Notes: a model not told the origin generated them from the sequence alone. Counted from the first letter of the stretch, positions 8,362-17,387 are shown. The stretch is 64,000 nucleotides of DNA from an uncultured Pseudobdellovibrionaceae bacterium (GCA_964360255.1 CAYHVK010000018.1:56-64055), one strand, 5' to 3'. A program made the numbers and translations.

Positions 8362-11079
8362 ATGAAAAAGCTTTATCTCATTGATGTTAGCAACATGTTC
8401 TTTCGCGCGTTCTACGCCATTCCTCGATTAACAAACTCGAAGGGAATGCCCACCAACGCACTCTATGGTTTTATCGGAATGACGATAAAACTACTGCGCG
8501 AAAATAAGCCCGATTACATTGCTTACTGCTTAGATCAAAAGGGCCCCTCATTTCGTGATGAGCTTTACAGTGAATACAAAGCCAATCGCATAGAGCTACC
8601 AGAAGATTTGGCGCCGCAATTTGATTTTCTCAATCAAGTTATCGATGTCTTAGGGATTCCAGTTTTAGAAATGAAAAGATTCGAGGCGGATGATGTCATC
8701 GGCACTTTGGCCACTCAAGCAGCGGCTAAGGGCATCGATGCGGTTATTGTGAGTGGCGATAAAGATTTCGCTCAGCTCGTTGGCGATCATGTTTGTCTTT
8801 ACGATACGATGAAGAATGTAAAGTATGACCGCGCTGGCGTTATTGGCAAGTGGGGCATTCCACCTGAGCAGATGATTGATTATCTCTCAATTGTAGGTGA
8901 TTCGAGCGACAACATACCTGGCATTAAAGGTGTCGGACCTGTAGGAGCCGTCAAGCTCCTCAATGAGTATAAATCTCTTGAAGGTATCTATAAAAATCTA
9001 GAAGAGATTAAGAGTGTGAGCTTAAAAGCAAAAATTCTTGATAGCCGCGAGCAGGCTCATTTGGCCAAAAAACTGGTGACCATTGTGACCGATGTTCCGC
9101 TTAAAGTTGAAATTGAAAACCTAAAGCAAAAGCCGCTTGATCGTGATGCCATCGATAAACTTTTTACTGAACTTGATTTCACGGCATTGATTAGAAAAGT
9201 TTTTGATGCGGCCGCCGTGCAAGCTGAGCCGGCGGGTCAACCAGCTTCGGCACCACCAGCAGCCATTATTCGTCCTGCTGATGATGATCGCCCCTTAATT
9301 CGCTCTATTCCGCGCTCTGAGAAGCCAGCTGCATCTGCAGCTGTAGGCACCGGCACAGGTGTGCCGGCTCCAGATGATGAGATGCCTTCAATGAGTTCAG
9401 CCGCGTCGGCAGCGATTTTGCCCCCGGCACCAGTTGAAATTGCCTATCCTGTTGTCGCCATTGATTTGGCCGAGCTGGATAAGATATTTCCAAATGGTTC
9501 AACCATTTGGGCCGCCGTGACAGATAAAGGATTTTGTTTCGCAGATGGCAAAACGATTTATCAAGTCAATGCTCGAATCGATGAGATTGGTCCCTTATTG
9601 TCAGAGAAAAAGCTGAAATGGAATGGTTTCGATGTAAAAAAAATCTGGAAGTATCTCGGCATCAGTACATCTGTTTGTGATTGGGATACTATGCTCGCGG
9701 CTTATGTTCTCCGCCCAAAGCCAGTTGAAGCTTTCTCGGATGTTTATAAGATTCTCTACCACACTGAATTACCTGATTTATTAAGTCCTGAAGAAGCTTT
9801 AAGCTTAGAAATGCAAGCGCAAGCTGAATTGCAAAAACGGCTCATTGAAAATAGTGGCGAAAGCGTCTATCGCGAGATGGAGTTGCCAGTGGTTTCAATT
9901 CTTCATGATATGGAGCAAGCGGGAATTCTTATCGATAAAAAAGAATTGGCCCGGCAGAGTAAAACTCTCGAAACTGACATCCTTGCTTTAGAAAAGAAGA
10001 TTCACGAATTGGCTGGTGGCCCATTTAATATTGCGAGCCCGAAACAGTTGGGCGCTATTCTTTTCGAGAAACTTGAAATACCTGCCGTTAAGAAAACAAA
10101 GACGGGTTATTCAACTGACAGTGATGTGCTTTCGAAGCTTTCAGAAAAATATCCTATTGCCGCTTTAATTATTGAATATAGAGAGCTCAGCAAGCTTAAA
10201 TCGACATATGTAGATTCGTTGCCAACACTTGTAGATCCTAAAGATGAACGCATTCATACAACTTTTCAGCAGGCTTTAACGGCGACAGGTCGTCTCTCGA
10301 GTATCAATCCGAATTTACAGAATATTCCTATTCGTACTGATCGTGGCCGTATGATTCGAAAAGCTTTTATCGCTAAGAAAGATCATGTTTTGCTGGCGGC
10401 TGATTACAGTCAGATTGAACTTCGCGTACTGGCCGAAATTACGAAAGATCCTGGTCTTATTGAGGCCTTCCGAAAAGGTCACGATGTTCATGCGGCAACA
10501 GCGGCGGAAGTTTTTGAAGTGCCTCTTGCTGAAGTGACAAGCGATCAAAGACGTATGGCTAAGGCTGTGAATTTCGGAATCGCCTATGGCCAAGGTGTAT
10601 TTGGTTTAGCTGAGGCGCTTGGTATTCCGCGCGCTGAAGCGAAAACTATTATCGATAATTATTTTATTAAGTTTCCTAATATTCAAAACTATATGAGCCA
10701 AACTATCGAGCAAGCCAAAGAGCAGTTTTATGTTGAAACTCTGTTTGGTCGTCGGCGCTATCTCGACGAACTACGATCAAATGTGCAAATGATTCGTAAG
10801 TTTGGTGAGCGCGCGGCGATTAATGCTCCGATGCAAGGCACGGCTAGCGACATTGTTAAGAAGGCTATGATTGCTGTTTATCGAGCCATTCAGGCAGGAG
10901 AAATTAAAGCGCAGATGGTTTTGCAAGTACACGATGAATTATTATTTGAGTGCCATAAAGATCAAGCTGAAGCACAGTCCGCCATTATTAAATCGGTTAT
11001 GGAGAATGTAGTTCAGTTAAAAGTCCCTATGATAGTTAACGTGGCGTGGGGTACCGACTGGGAGTCGGCTCATAGTTAG
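8362..11079 (+). CDS. polA: DNA polymerase I
   Basis: 5'-3' exonuclease (FEADDVIGTL, GDSSDNIPG); polymerase motifs A DYSQIELR, B RRMAKAVNFGIAYG, C QVHDELLFE. Confidence 0.99.
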   Translation: MKKLYLIDVSNMFFRAFYAIPRLTNSKGMPTNALYGFIGMTIKLLRENKPDYIAYCLDQKGPSFRDELYSEYKANRIELPEDLAPQFDFLNQVIDVLGIPVLEMKRFEADDVIGTLATQAAAKGIDAVIVSGDKDFAQLVGDHVCLYDTMKNVKYDRAGVIGKWGIPPEQMIDYLSIVGDSSDNIPGIKGVGPVGAVKLLNEYKSLEGIYKNLEEIKSVSLKAKILDSREQAHLAKKLVTIVTDVPLKVEIENLKQKPLDRDAIDKLFTELDFTALIRKVFDAAAVQAEPAGQPASAPPAAIIRPADDDRPLIRSIPRSEKPAASAAVGTGTGVPAPDDEMPSMSSAASAAILPPAPVEIAYPVVAIDLAELDKIFPNGSTIWAAVTDKGFCFADGKTIYQVNARIDEIGPLLSEKKLKWNGFDVKKIWKYLGISTSVCDWDTMLAAYVLRPKPVEAFSDVYKILYHTELPDLLSPEEALSLEMQAQAELQKRLIENSGESVYREMELPVVSILHDMEQAGILIDKKELARQSKTLETDILALEKKIHELAGGPFNIASPKQLGAILFEKLEIPAVKKTKTGYSTDSDVLSKLSEKYPIAALIIEYRELSKLKSTYVDSLPTLVDPKDERIHTTFQQALTATGRLSSINPNLQNIPIRTDRGRMIRKAFIAKKDHVLLAADYSQIELRVLAEITKDPGLIEAFRKGHDVHAATAAEVFEVPLAEVTSDQRRMAKAVNFGIAYGQGVFGLAEALGIPRAEAKTIIDNYFIKFPNIQNYMSQTIEQAKEQFYVETLFGRRRYLDELRSNVQMIRKFGERAAINAPMQGTASDIVKKAMIAVYRAIQAGEIKAQMVLQVHDELLFECHKDQAEAQSAIIKSVMENVVQLKVPMIVNVAWGTDWESAHS

Positions 11080-11117
11080 GTTGTCGTCCAATAATGAGTT
11101 CTGTTGCAACGCGTGTC

Positions 11118-11161
11118 CTTTTATGGCAACAATTAAACGATTCTAATTTTTGCCATAGGGG
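11118..11161 (+). promoter_or_regulatory. RBS-sequestering hairpin upstream of the 11168 gene
   Basis: CTTTTATGGCAAcAATTA pairs with TAATTtTTGCCATAGGGG; the 3' arm includes the SD. Confidence 0.5.
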
Positions 11162-11167
11162 ATAACC

Positions 11168-11413
11168 ATGTCTGAAGATTTAAAAGCCCAAATTGAAAAA
11201 CTTAAAGCTGAAAATGAAGCCCTCAAGCGCACTAAGCCTGAGCGTGGAACCTTATCAATGAAAGTCAGTGAAAAAGGCGCTCTTTCTATTTATGGAATGG
11301 GTCGCTTTCCGGTGACTCTTTATAAAGAGCAGTGGCTTAAGCTTCTTGGTATTGCTGATGAGATTAAGCAGTTCATCGAAGCGAACGATGGCCGTTTAAA
11401 AACAAAAGAATAG
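11168..11413 (+). CDS. Small conserved protein, coiled coil plus possible PC4/Sub1-like nucleic-acid-binding fold
   Basis: KVSEKGALSIYGMGRFPVTLYKEQWLKLL resembles the PC4 'GISL..EQW..L' helix; GGGG RBS. Confidence 0.7.
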   Translation: MSEDLKAQIEKLKAENEALKRTKPERGTLSMKVSEKGALSIYGMGRFPVTLYKEQWLKLLGIADEIKQFIEANDGRLKTKE

Positions 11414-11485
11414 TGTCCGATGTCTCGGATTATTTGGCCGGGTCATGTCCGGCTCGGTCACTTATATCAATTTTAATGGGGGCCT

Positions 11486-11932
11486 ATGTCAGCACCAGTT
11501 TTGCTATCTGATTATAAAATGAAGAAACAAGCTCTTGAGGCAAAAAAAGAATCTGAAGCTCCGGTGACATTAGGTTTTATGCGCGAATTTCGCGCTGAAA
11601 TCCTAAGTCGATTTTCTGAAGTGGATGCAAAGTTCAAACAGGTAGATGCTCGCATTGATGGCGTAGAAGCGCGTTTAGACGCTCGAATTGATGCTGTGGA
11701 TGCACGTTTTGATGCCATGGATGCGCGGTTCGATGCGATGGATGCACGGTTTGACGATACGAATGCAAAAATCGAACAGGCTATAGCTGAAATGAAAACT
11801 ATGAACCATCAGACAAAGCTTTTAGCTGAAGAGCAGAATCTTCGTAACAGGCAGGCCTACGATGGTTATGCGATTGCCTACGGTGCTATTCAGGATCTAA
11901 AAGGCCGTATTAAGCCTGAATGTCTTGAGTAG
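11486..11932 (+). CDS. Heptad-repeat coiled-coil protein
   Basis: (V/M)DARFDA-type heptads; GGGGG RBS. Confidence 0.8.
   Translation: MSAPVLLSDYKMKKQALEAKKESEAPVTLGFMREFRAEILSRFSEVDAKFKQVDARIDGVEARLDARIDAVDARFDAMDARFDAMDARFDDTNAKIEQAIAEMKTMNHQTKLLAEEQNLRNRQAYDGYAIAYGAIQDLKGRIKPECLE
11621..11758 (+). repeat. Degenerate coding 21-nt tandem repeat (about 6-7 units)
   Basis: gtggatgcacgttttgatgcc / atggatgcgcggttcgatgcg / atggatgcacggtttgacgat etc. Confidence 0.8.
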
Positions 11933-12044
11933 GGCTTCGATAAACCACGAAGGCTTCCAAAGCTGATCACGGGCTTGCTGCAGCTTCAAAATGCAGTATA
12001 GAAGTATTTGGCTTTGTGTTTAAAATCATTGGGTTTTGAAGCCG

Positions 12045-12908
12045 CTATACCCATTTTACTTTAAGAATTTCCTTAAACATGGGTACATCCTTAAAAGCTG
12101 TTCGTAGCAAAATATGAAAATCAATATTTTTACAGATGCTATTGGGAATCTCTTCAGACACAACCTCATCATTTGTATCTACGTAATTGGGAAGAATTGC
12201 ATATCCTTTTTCTGACTCCACGAGCTTTCTCAAAATTGTCCAAGAGTCAGCAGTAAAGCGGATATTAATTTCTGAAAGATCGAGTGCCTTTGCTTTACAA
12301 AGATCGACAAGCAGATGTCCATCATCACCATAAGAAAGAGCCGGAGTTTTCGCTAAAAAATCTCTATTCTCCAAAAGACTCCCTTTTCTCAATTTAGGGA
12401 GTAATTTCTTATGCACGACAAGACGAACATTACTTTTAAAGGCTTTCTTTGAAAGTAACTGGAGAGAGTTAGGAATTATCGCAGAGAATCCGATGTCAAT
12501 AATGCCTGACAGAACTGAGGGCGCGACTTCAGGGCCGGTTAAAGGAATAAATCGATAGCGCGATGTGGAAGGCAAGCTGCTAGCCACGAAAGAGAAAACC
12601 TCAGGCCTGCAACCGATACGCAGCGGAATTGCCTCATTTTGTGAATAAAGGCGCTCAATGTCTTTAAGCGAAATTTCAAGCTCAGACAGCCGAGTTCTGG
12701 CAATTTCAGTAAGTGCTCGGCCAAACGGAGTAAAGACCTTCTTCTTGCCTTCCAAAACCAACAAAGGCGTCTTGTAGTGACTCTCTAATATTGCCAGCCT
12801 ATTTGTTACAGAAGCTTGCGACATACCCATTGCTTGAGCGGCGTTCCGAAAGCTCCCCTCTTGTTCTAAGGCGATTAATACTTTTAGATTTTCTATATTT
12901 ATTTCCAT
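12045..12908 (-). CDS. LysR-family transcriptional regulator
   Basis: N-terminal HTH GSFRNAAQAMGMSQASVTNRLAILE; divergent from 13007. Confidence 0.92.
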   Translation of the reverse strand: MEINIENLKVLIALEQEGSFRNAAQAMGMSQASVTNRLAILESHYKTPLLVLEGKKKVFTPFGRALTEIARTRLSELEISLKDIERLYSQNEAIPLRIGCRPEVFSFVASSLPSTSRYRFIPLTGPEVAPSVLSGIIDIGFSAIIPNSLQLLSKKAFKSNVRLVVHKKLLPKLRKGSLLENRDFLAKTPALSYGDDGHLLVDLCKAKALDLSEINIRFTADSWTILRKLVESEKGYAILPNYVDTNDEVVSEEIPNSICKNIDFHILLRTAFKDVPMFKEILKVKWV

Positions 12909-12926
12909 TGATCAGTTTATTGATCA
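12909..12926. promoter_or_regulatory. Dyad in LysR divergent intergenic region (possible operator)
   Basis: TGATCA-GTTTAT-TGATCA immediately before the LysR start. Confidence 0.4.
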
Positions 12927-13006
12927 TACTAATCATTATTATTCAATATATTTATCATAAATAATCAATTACACAGTCTCCAATAAACCATTTGTAAAGG
13001 ACTTAT

Positions 13007-13486
13007 ATGAAACTAATTTTATTAACGGCTCTTTTTTTTACTGCGCTCCCAACGTTCGCAAAAAATAAATATGAACGGGAAGCCATCATTAGTGCTCACG
13101 AAGCGATTCAAATGATTGAGGCAGCCTTGGTCCATCAACTCAATGTCGGCGAAGCAATAAAAAACCCTTGCGGTGTTTCATATGGATATTCGGCACCCCG
13201 AAAAGGCGAATCAACTACCTATCAAGTTTTATTAAAAAATCAGGGGCTTAATACGCAATACTTTACCTTTCCGGTAAACCCATCAGCAAAAATTCAACTT
13301 GTACAAACGGACTTCAGAACGTGGACGATGACTATTTCAAAATCTATGGAATCCGAAGATCCTGAAACCGGAGCAAGCCGTGGACAAGTTCCGTACGATG
13401 TTGTTTTAGTCGTTGATAATCGTTATCCAAATGGTACGGATGTCCATCTGACGGAGTTTATGACGTTGGATTGCCACATTGATTAA
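13007..13486 (+). CDS. Exported hypothetical protein
   Basis: Signal peptide (..LPTFA-K), AAGGA RBS. Confidence 0.75.
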   Translation: MKLILLTALFFTALPTFAKNKYEREAIISAHEAIQMIEAALVHQLNVGEAIKNPCGVSYGYSAPRKGESTTYQVLLKNQGLNTQYFTFPVNPSAKIQLVQTDFRTWTMTISKSMESEDPETGASRGQVPYDVVLVVDNRYPNGTDVHLTEFMTLDCHID

Positions 13487-13496
13487 GGATTTTACT

Positions 13497-14198
13497 ATGA
13501 TGTCAAATGCGCTGTTGAAAGTATTTTTTCTATCGCTTGTTTTGGGCTCGCCTATAGCTTCAGGGGCCGCCGATACAGTTATTCATCCACAACCGAAGCA
13601 ACCAATATTTTTACAAACTAATCGGTATCCAGCATTTAAAGCCAAGCTGTCAAAGCCTCCACAGTCTAACTCTAAGGAACAAATTGCTGATGAAAAAACT
13701 CTTTTAGAAATTCAAACGATTCGGACCAACGACCAATGCACTCGTGCAACATCTGAGGTGATGGTATCGGTAAAAAGCTTTTTTGGAGCCCCTTATGGGA
13801 CTCTATCTGACAAAGACGTGCAAAAACTCCAAACGATTTTTGAACAGGTAAGAAATGATGCCGATTACTTCATTCAATTGCTGAAAAAAGATTTTCCAAG
13901 AAGGAGACCGTTCTTGTATATCGCCGGGATTAATCCCTGCGTACCTAAAGAAATAACAGGGGCCTATCCGAGTGGACATGCGACCCTTGCGAAACTTTAT
14001 GCATTGATTTTACGAGATTTATATCCGGAGCGTTCAGAAGAGTTCTCAAAACGGGCGCAGATAATAGCAGAAGATAGAGTTCTCTCAGGCATGCATCATC
14101 CGTCAGATATAAAAGCAGGGGGCGAGCTTGGGCGATTGCTATATGAAGATCTGAAAAGGTCTGAACAGTTTAAGACGGAAATGTCTAAACTACGATAG
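13497..14198 (+). CDS. Class A non-specific acid phosphatase (PAP2/PhoN-like), exported
   Basis: K..FPRRRP, YPSGH, RVLSGMHHPSD motifs; signal peptide. Confidence 0.9.
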   Translation: MMSNALLKVFFLSLVLGSPIASGAADTVIHPQPKQPIFLQTNRYPAFKAKLSKPPQSNSKEQIADEKTLLEIQTIRTNDQCTRATSEVMVSVKSFFGAPYGTLSDKDVQKLQTIFEQVRNDADYFIQLLKKDFPRRRPFLYIAGINPCVPKEITGAYPSGHATLAKLYALILRDLYPERSEEFSKRAQIIAEDRVLSGMHHPSDIKAGGELGRLLYEDLKRSEQFKTEMSKLR

Positions 14199-14317
14199 GC
14201 CAAAAGCCCTAGAAAAGTTACGAATTCACTATCTGTATTTCTTGGGTAATTAATCGCCCATCAGCTAGCTGTCCATAAAAACCAGCTTTAATGTACACTT
14301 AGATCTATATGATCTGC

Positions 14318-14343
14318 TAGTAGAGCGCGGTCGCGCTCTACTA
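14318..14343. terminator. Hairpin between convergent genes
   Basis: TAGTAGAGCGCG-GT-CGCGCTCTACTA; includes the stop codon of the minus-strand lipoprotein gene. Confidence 0.65.
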
Positions 14344-14988
14344 CTCCGTCTCCCAGCCTACAACTCGGCCTGCCTCGAAGTAAATCAAGCGGCGCTCTTG
14401 TTTGTAGCCTTGATCTGTAGAGACCTGTTTATTGTAAACCCAGCGTTCGTTTCCGTAGACGGGGTTACCGGCAAACTCTTCCATATCTGGGTTACCCCAG
14501 CTTTGAATCACTGCATTTCGGCTCATTCCGCGGGCGATATCATTATTTTCAATAAGCTTTTGAGTGCTCGTATCGAACTCTGTCTCTTCGGTTTTTAAAC
14601 CTTGATTTTGCGCCCAGCGCTGACGGGCTTCTCGTGTCGGCAACTGTAAAAATTGAATGCGTTCATAATCGTTTTTAAAGAAAGGTTTAAAGCTGTAGTA
14701 CTGCTTTTTTTCTGCTTCGTACTCCAGGTTTTGCTCAAGGCGGTGAAGTTGAATGCGGGCCCGCACCGCAGAAGCTTCGGTTTCACTCAGTGTTTGAGCT
14801 TGGGCAAGTCCCAATTCAGAACGAGCTTCACGTGATTTCTCGCGATTTCGAGCCGTATAAAAATCATCAACGGATTTCATTGAAGACTCTGCATCTGAGT
14901 AGGCATAACCACTTTGTGCGCTTCTATCGAGTGTTGAGCAGGCCGAAAGTCCTGCAGCTAATATGACTAGAAATATCACTCTGTCCAT
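14341..14988 (-). CDS. Lipoprotein with C-terminal SmpA/BamE-like domain
   Basis: MDRVIFLVILAAGLSA-C lipobox with GAGGTG RBS; GMSRNAVIQSWGNP...ERWVY...IYFEAGRVVGW. Confidence 0.8.
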   Translation of the reverse strand: MDRVIFLVILAAGLSACSTLDRSAQSGYAYSDAESSMKSVDDFYTARNREKSREARSELGLAQAQTLSETEASAVRARIQLHRLEQNLEYEAEKKQYYSFKPFFKNDYERIQFLQLPTREARQRWAQNQGLKTEETEFDTSTQKLIENNDIARGMSRNAVIQSWGNPDMEEFAGNPVYGNERWVYNKQVSTDQGYKQERRLIYFEAGRVVGWETE

Positions 14989-15012
14989 GAGTTCACCTCT
15001 TATATACTTGAT

Positions 15013-15039
15013 GTATCGGAATAAGACGGCAAAACTTAA
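15013..15039 (-). promoter_or_regulatory. Sigma28 (FliA)-type promoter for the 14988 lipoprotein
   Basis: Minus strand TTAAGTTT-N11-TCCGATAC versus consensus TAAAGTTT-N11-GCCGATAA. Confidence 0.7.
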
Positions 15040-15043
15040 TAGT

Positions 15044-15973
15044 ATGAGCGAAGTCAATAACACACCTTCACCAACTGCTGAGATCGATAAGCTTCTTGAG
15101 CAAGAAGATCCGAACTTTAATGCTTCGCTTGAATCTATTAAAAAAGATGCCATTGAAAACACGACCGAGATCGAGAGTCTAGACGTCGAGGTGGATGAAG
15201 CCTCTTCGCTTGAGAACACCACTGAAAAAGTGAGTCTCAAGAAAAAGTTTTTCAATTTTATTGCGCGGCCATTTTTACGCATCCGAGATTGGTTCAAAAT
15301 GCGGATCATGGCGTTTATCTATCGCCTTAAATTATTCGGCCGGCAGTCTTTACATTTTATAAAGTACGATCTGCCAGATATTTTGCGCTATTTGCTCAGC
15401 CAGACAAAGGCTGGTTTAGCTTGGACTAAGCATCACCTCGGTCGATTTTTCGCTCTCAAGAGAAGTCAGAAGTTAGCCCTTATGGGCTCTAGTCTTGCGG
15501 CAGTGGCAGCGCTTCTGCTGCTGACGAAATCTTTAACGGGTGATTGGCTTCCGGTCTGGAAGAATCCCCTCATTCGCGGATTGCATGAGCAGGCCAGTTT
15601 TGTGAAAACAGTGGGTTCAGACAAAGAGTACGTTGAATTCTTCGCGATGTTTCCGGAAGTTGAGTTTTATCTTCAGCTGAGCCGAATTGTTGTAAATTTA
15701 AAGCCCTCTTCAGGTATTCCAAATCCGATGGGGGCTTTCGAGTTTTATCTCGGCCTTGATGCTAACGAAACCGCAATTGAAATTAAAGATCGCGAAAAAG
15801 AAATTTTAGATATCACACAGCGAACCATTGAGGGGTTTACTTATCCTGAAGTTATGTCGCCCAATACACAAAAAAGAGTTTGGGCGCGCATTCGAGATAA
15901 TATTAATGAAGTTCTCAATCAGGGCCGCGTGCAAAAAGTCTACGTTAAAACCATGCTCACATACCGGCAGTAA
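15044..15973 (+). CDS. fliL: FliL-family flagellar basal body-associated protein with long N-terminal extension
   Basis: TM helix followed by IVVNLK...IRDNINEVLNQGRVQKVYV FliL C-terminal pattern. Confidence 0.7.
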   Translation: MSEVNNTPSPTAEIDKLLEQEDPNFNASLESIKKDAIENTTEIESLDVEVDEASSLENTTEKVSLKKKFFNFIARPFLRIRDWFKMRIMAFIYRLKLFGRQSLHFIKYDLPDILRYLLSQTKAGLAWTKHHLGRFFALKRSQKLALMGSSLAAVAALLLLTKSLTGDWLPVWKNPLIRGLHEQASFVKTVGSDKEYVEFFAMFPEVEFYLQLSRIVVNLKPSSGIPNPMGAFEFYLGLDANETAIEIKDREKEILDITQRTIEGFTYPEVMSPNTQKRVWARIRDNINEVLNQGRVQKVYVKTMLTYRQ

Positions 15974-17273
15974 GACGAGCTTCTCGCGCCGCCATAATAT
16001 CTTTGACTGAAATCTCGTAAGATTTAATGCGATCGTAGAGGGTCGATTTTGGCAGTCCTAATTCGCGGGCACACTTTCTAATATTGCCACGATTTTCAAC
16101 TAATTTTTCAGAGATCAGTTGAATCTCCATGCTGCGAAGAGCGCTTTTACCTTTAGGTACAATAGATTCATTTTTTACTATAGGTGAATTCTCGAATAAA
16201 GAACTCACCTGTTCTGCCTCAATAAACTGACCACTGTAAAGAGCTCCGGCACGAGCGATAAAATTTTTGAGCTCACGCACTTGACCCGGCCAACTGTAGC
16301 TTTTCATTTCGCTCACGGCTTCATTGGTAAAAGTCACTCGTGAGTTTTTACAGAAAAGTTGTACGAGCTCACTAAAATCTTCTAAGCGGTCGCGGAGCTG
16401 AGGCACCGGTACGTGTAAAACATTGAGGCGATAATACAAGTCTTGGCGAAATTGGCCGCGTTTCACTAAGGCGCCAAGATCTTTATGTGTGGCCGCGACG
16501 ATCCGTACATCAACAGTGAGCGGGCGATCTGAGCCCACCGGTTTAATTTCTTGATTCTCGAGAGCTCGCAGAAGTTTTGGTTGAAGAGAGGCAGGTAAAT
16601 CGCCAATCTCATCTAAAAAGAGTGTGCCGCCTTTAGCTGATAAAAAAGCGCCTTTGCGATCTTCGGCAGCGCCCGTGAAGCTCCCACGAACATGACCAAA
16701 GAGTTCACTTTCAATCAGCGATTCAGTAAGAGCGCTGCAGTTGACGCTAATAAATGGATTCTTGGAGCGATTTGATAAAGAGTGGACTGAGCGGGCAATA
16801 ATTTCTTTGCCGCTACCCGATGCGCCATTTACCAATACAGGTAAATTTGATCGGGCGTAAAGTGGCAAGCGATCCAATTCTTTTTGCCATTCGATATTTT
16901 TACTTTGCAGTAAGAAGGGCGCGGCCCAATCTTTTTGCGCGGTACTAAATATAAATTCGGTTTCGCCCACTCTTAAGCGATCACTGTCTTGTAAAAGGGC
17001 TTCGGTGATTTGTGTGCCATTGAGGTAAGTGCCGTTACGGCTACGCAAGTCGCGAGCCCAATACTGACCTTGCCTTTTTTCAATACGGCAGTGGCGCGTA
17101 GAAACGAATGGATCATGAAGATCAATTTGATGTTCTGATGGAGCTTCAGCCTCACGGCCAATGATGATATATTCTGGAATCTCAAAAGTTTTGCGAATGG
17201 ATGTGAGCTGAAGGGTGAGATAGGCCGTTGAGAGATGCTCTAAAATCGGTTGGTTGGCAGTTTTTGTAGACAT
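15957..17273 (-). CDS. FHA-domain sigma54-dependent activator (FHA-AAA+-Fis HTH)
   Basis: FHA IGR..VSTRH..SRNGT; GASGSGKE; ESELFGHVRGSFTGA; LFLDEIG; WPGQVREL; C-terminal HTH. Confidence 0.95.
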   Translation of the reverse strand: MSTKTANQPILEHLSTAYLTLQLTSIRKTFEIPEYIIIGREAEAPSEHQIDLHDPFVSTRHCRIEKRQGQYWARDLRSRNGTYLNGTQITEALLQDSDRLRVGETEFIFSTAQKDWAAPFLLQSKNIEWQKELDRLPLYARSNLPVLVNGASGSGKEIIARSVHSLSNRSKNPFISVNCSALTESLIESELFGHVRGSFTGAAEDRKGAFLSAKGGTLFLDEIGDLPASLQPKLLRALENQEIKPVGSDRPLTVDVRIVAATHKDLGALVKRGQFRQDLYYRLNVLHVPVPQLRDRLEDFSELVQLFCKNSRVTFTNEAVSEMKSYSWPGQVRELKNFIARAGALYSGQFIEAEQVSSLFENSPIVKNESIVPKGKSALRSMEIQLISEKLVENRGNIRKCARELGLPKSTLYDRIKSYEISVKDIMAAREARLTAGM

Positions 17274-17322
17274 GAGCTTCCTTTCTGAAAAATCAGTGTG
17301 TCTTTATATTCAGACGCTCTAT

Positions 17323-17339
17323 TACAAATGCCATGCCCA
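17323..17339 (-). promoter_or_regulatory. Possible sigma54 -24/-12 promoter
   Basis: Minus strand TGGGCATGGCATTTGTA = GG-N10-GT, an imperfect -12. Confidence 0.4.
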
Positions 17340-17387
17340 GATAATTTTTGCGTAGTACGCGTAATTTAGTTCTTATGACCGTAGTTT

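Noticed and set aside
9208-9450. Intein in polA (also considered for the 1-260 segment)
   Set aside because: No N-terminal Cys/Ser block, no His-Asn followed by Cys/Ser/Thr, no LAGLIDADG motifs.
11621-11758. Tandem repeats as a CRISPR array
   Set aside because: No spacers; the units are in-frame 21-mers varying at third codon positions; no cas genes.
14989-15309. N-terminal 107 aa of the 322-aa minus-strand ORF
   Set aside because: Antisense shadow of fliL; the real start is ATG 14988, with RBS, lipobox and promoter.
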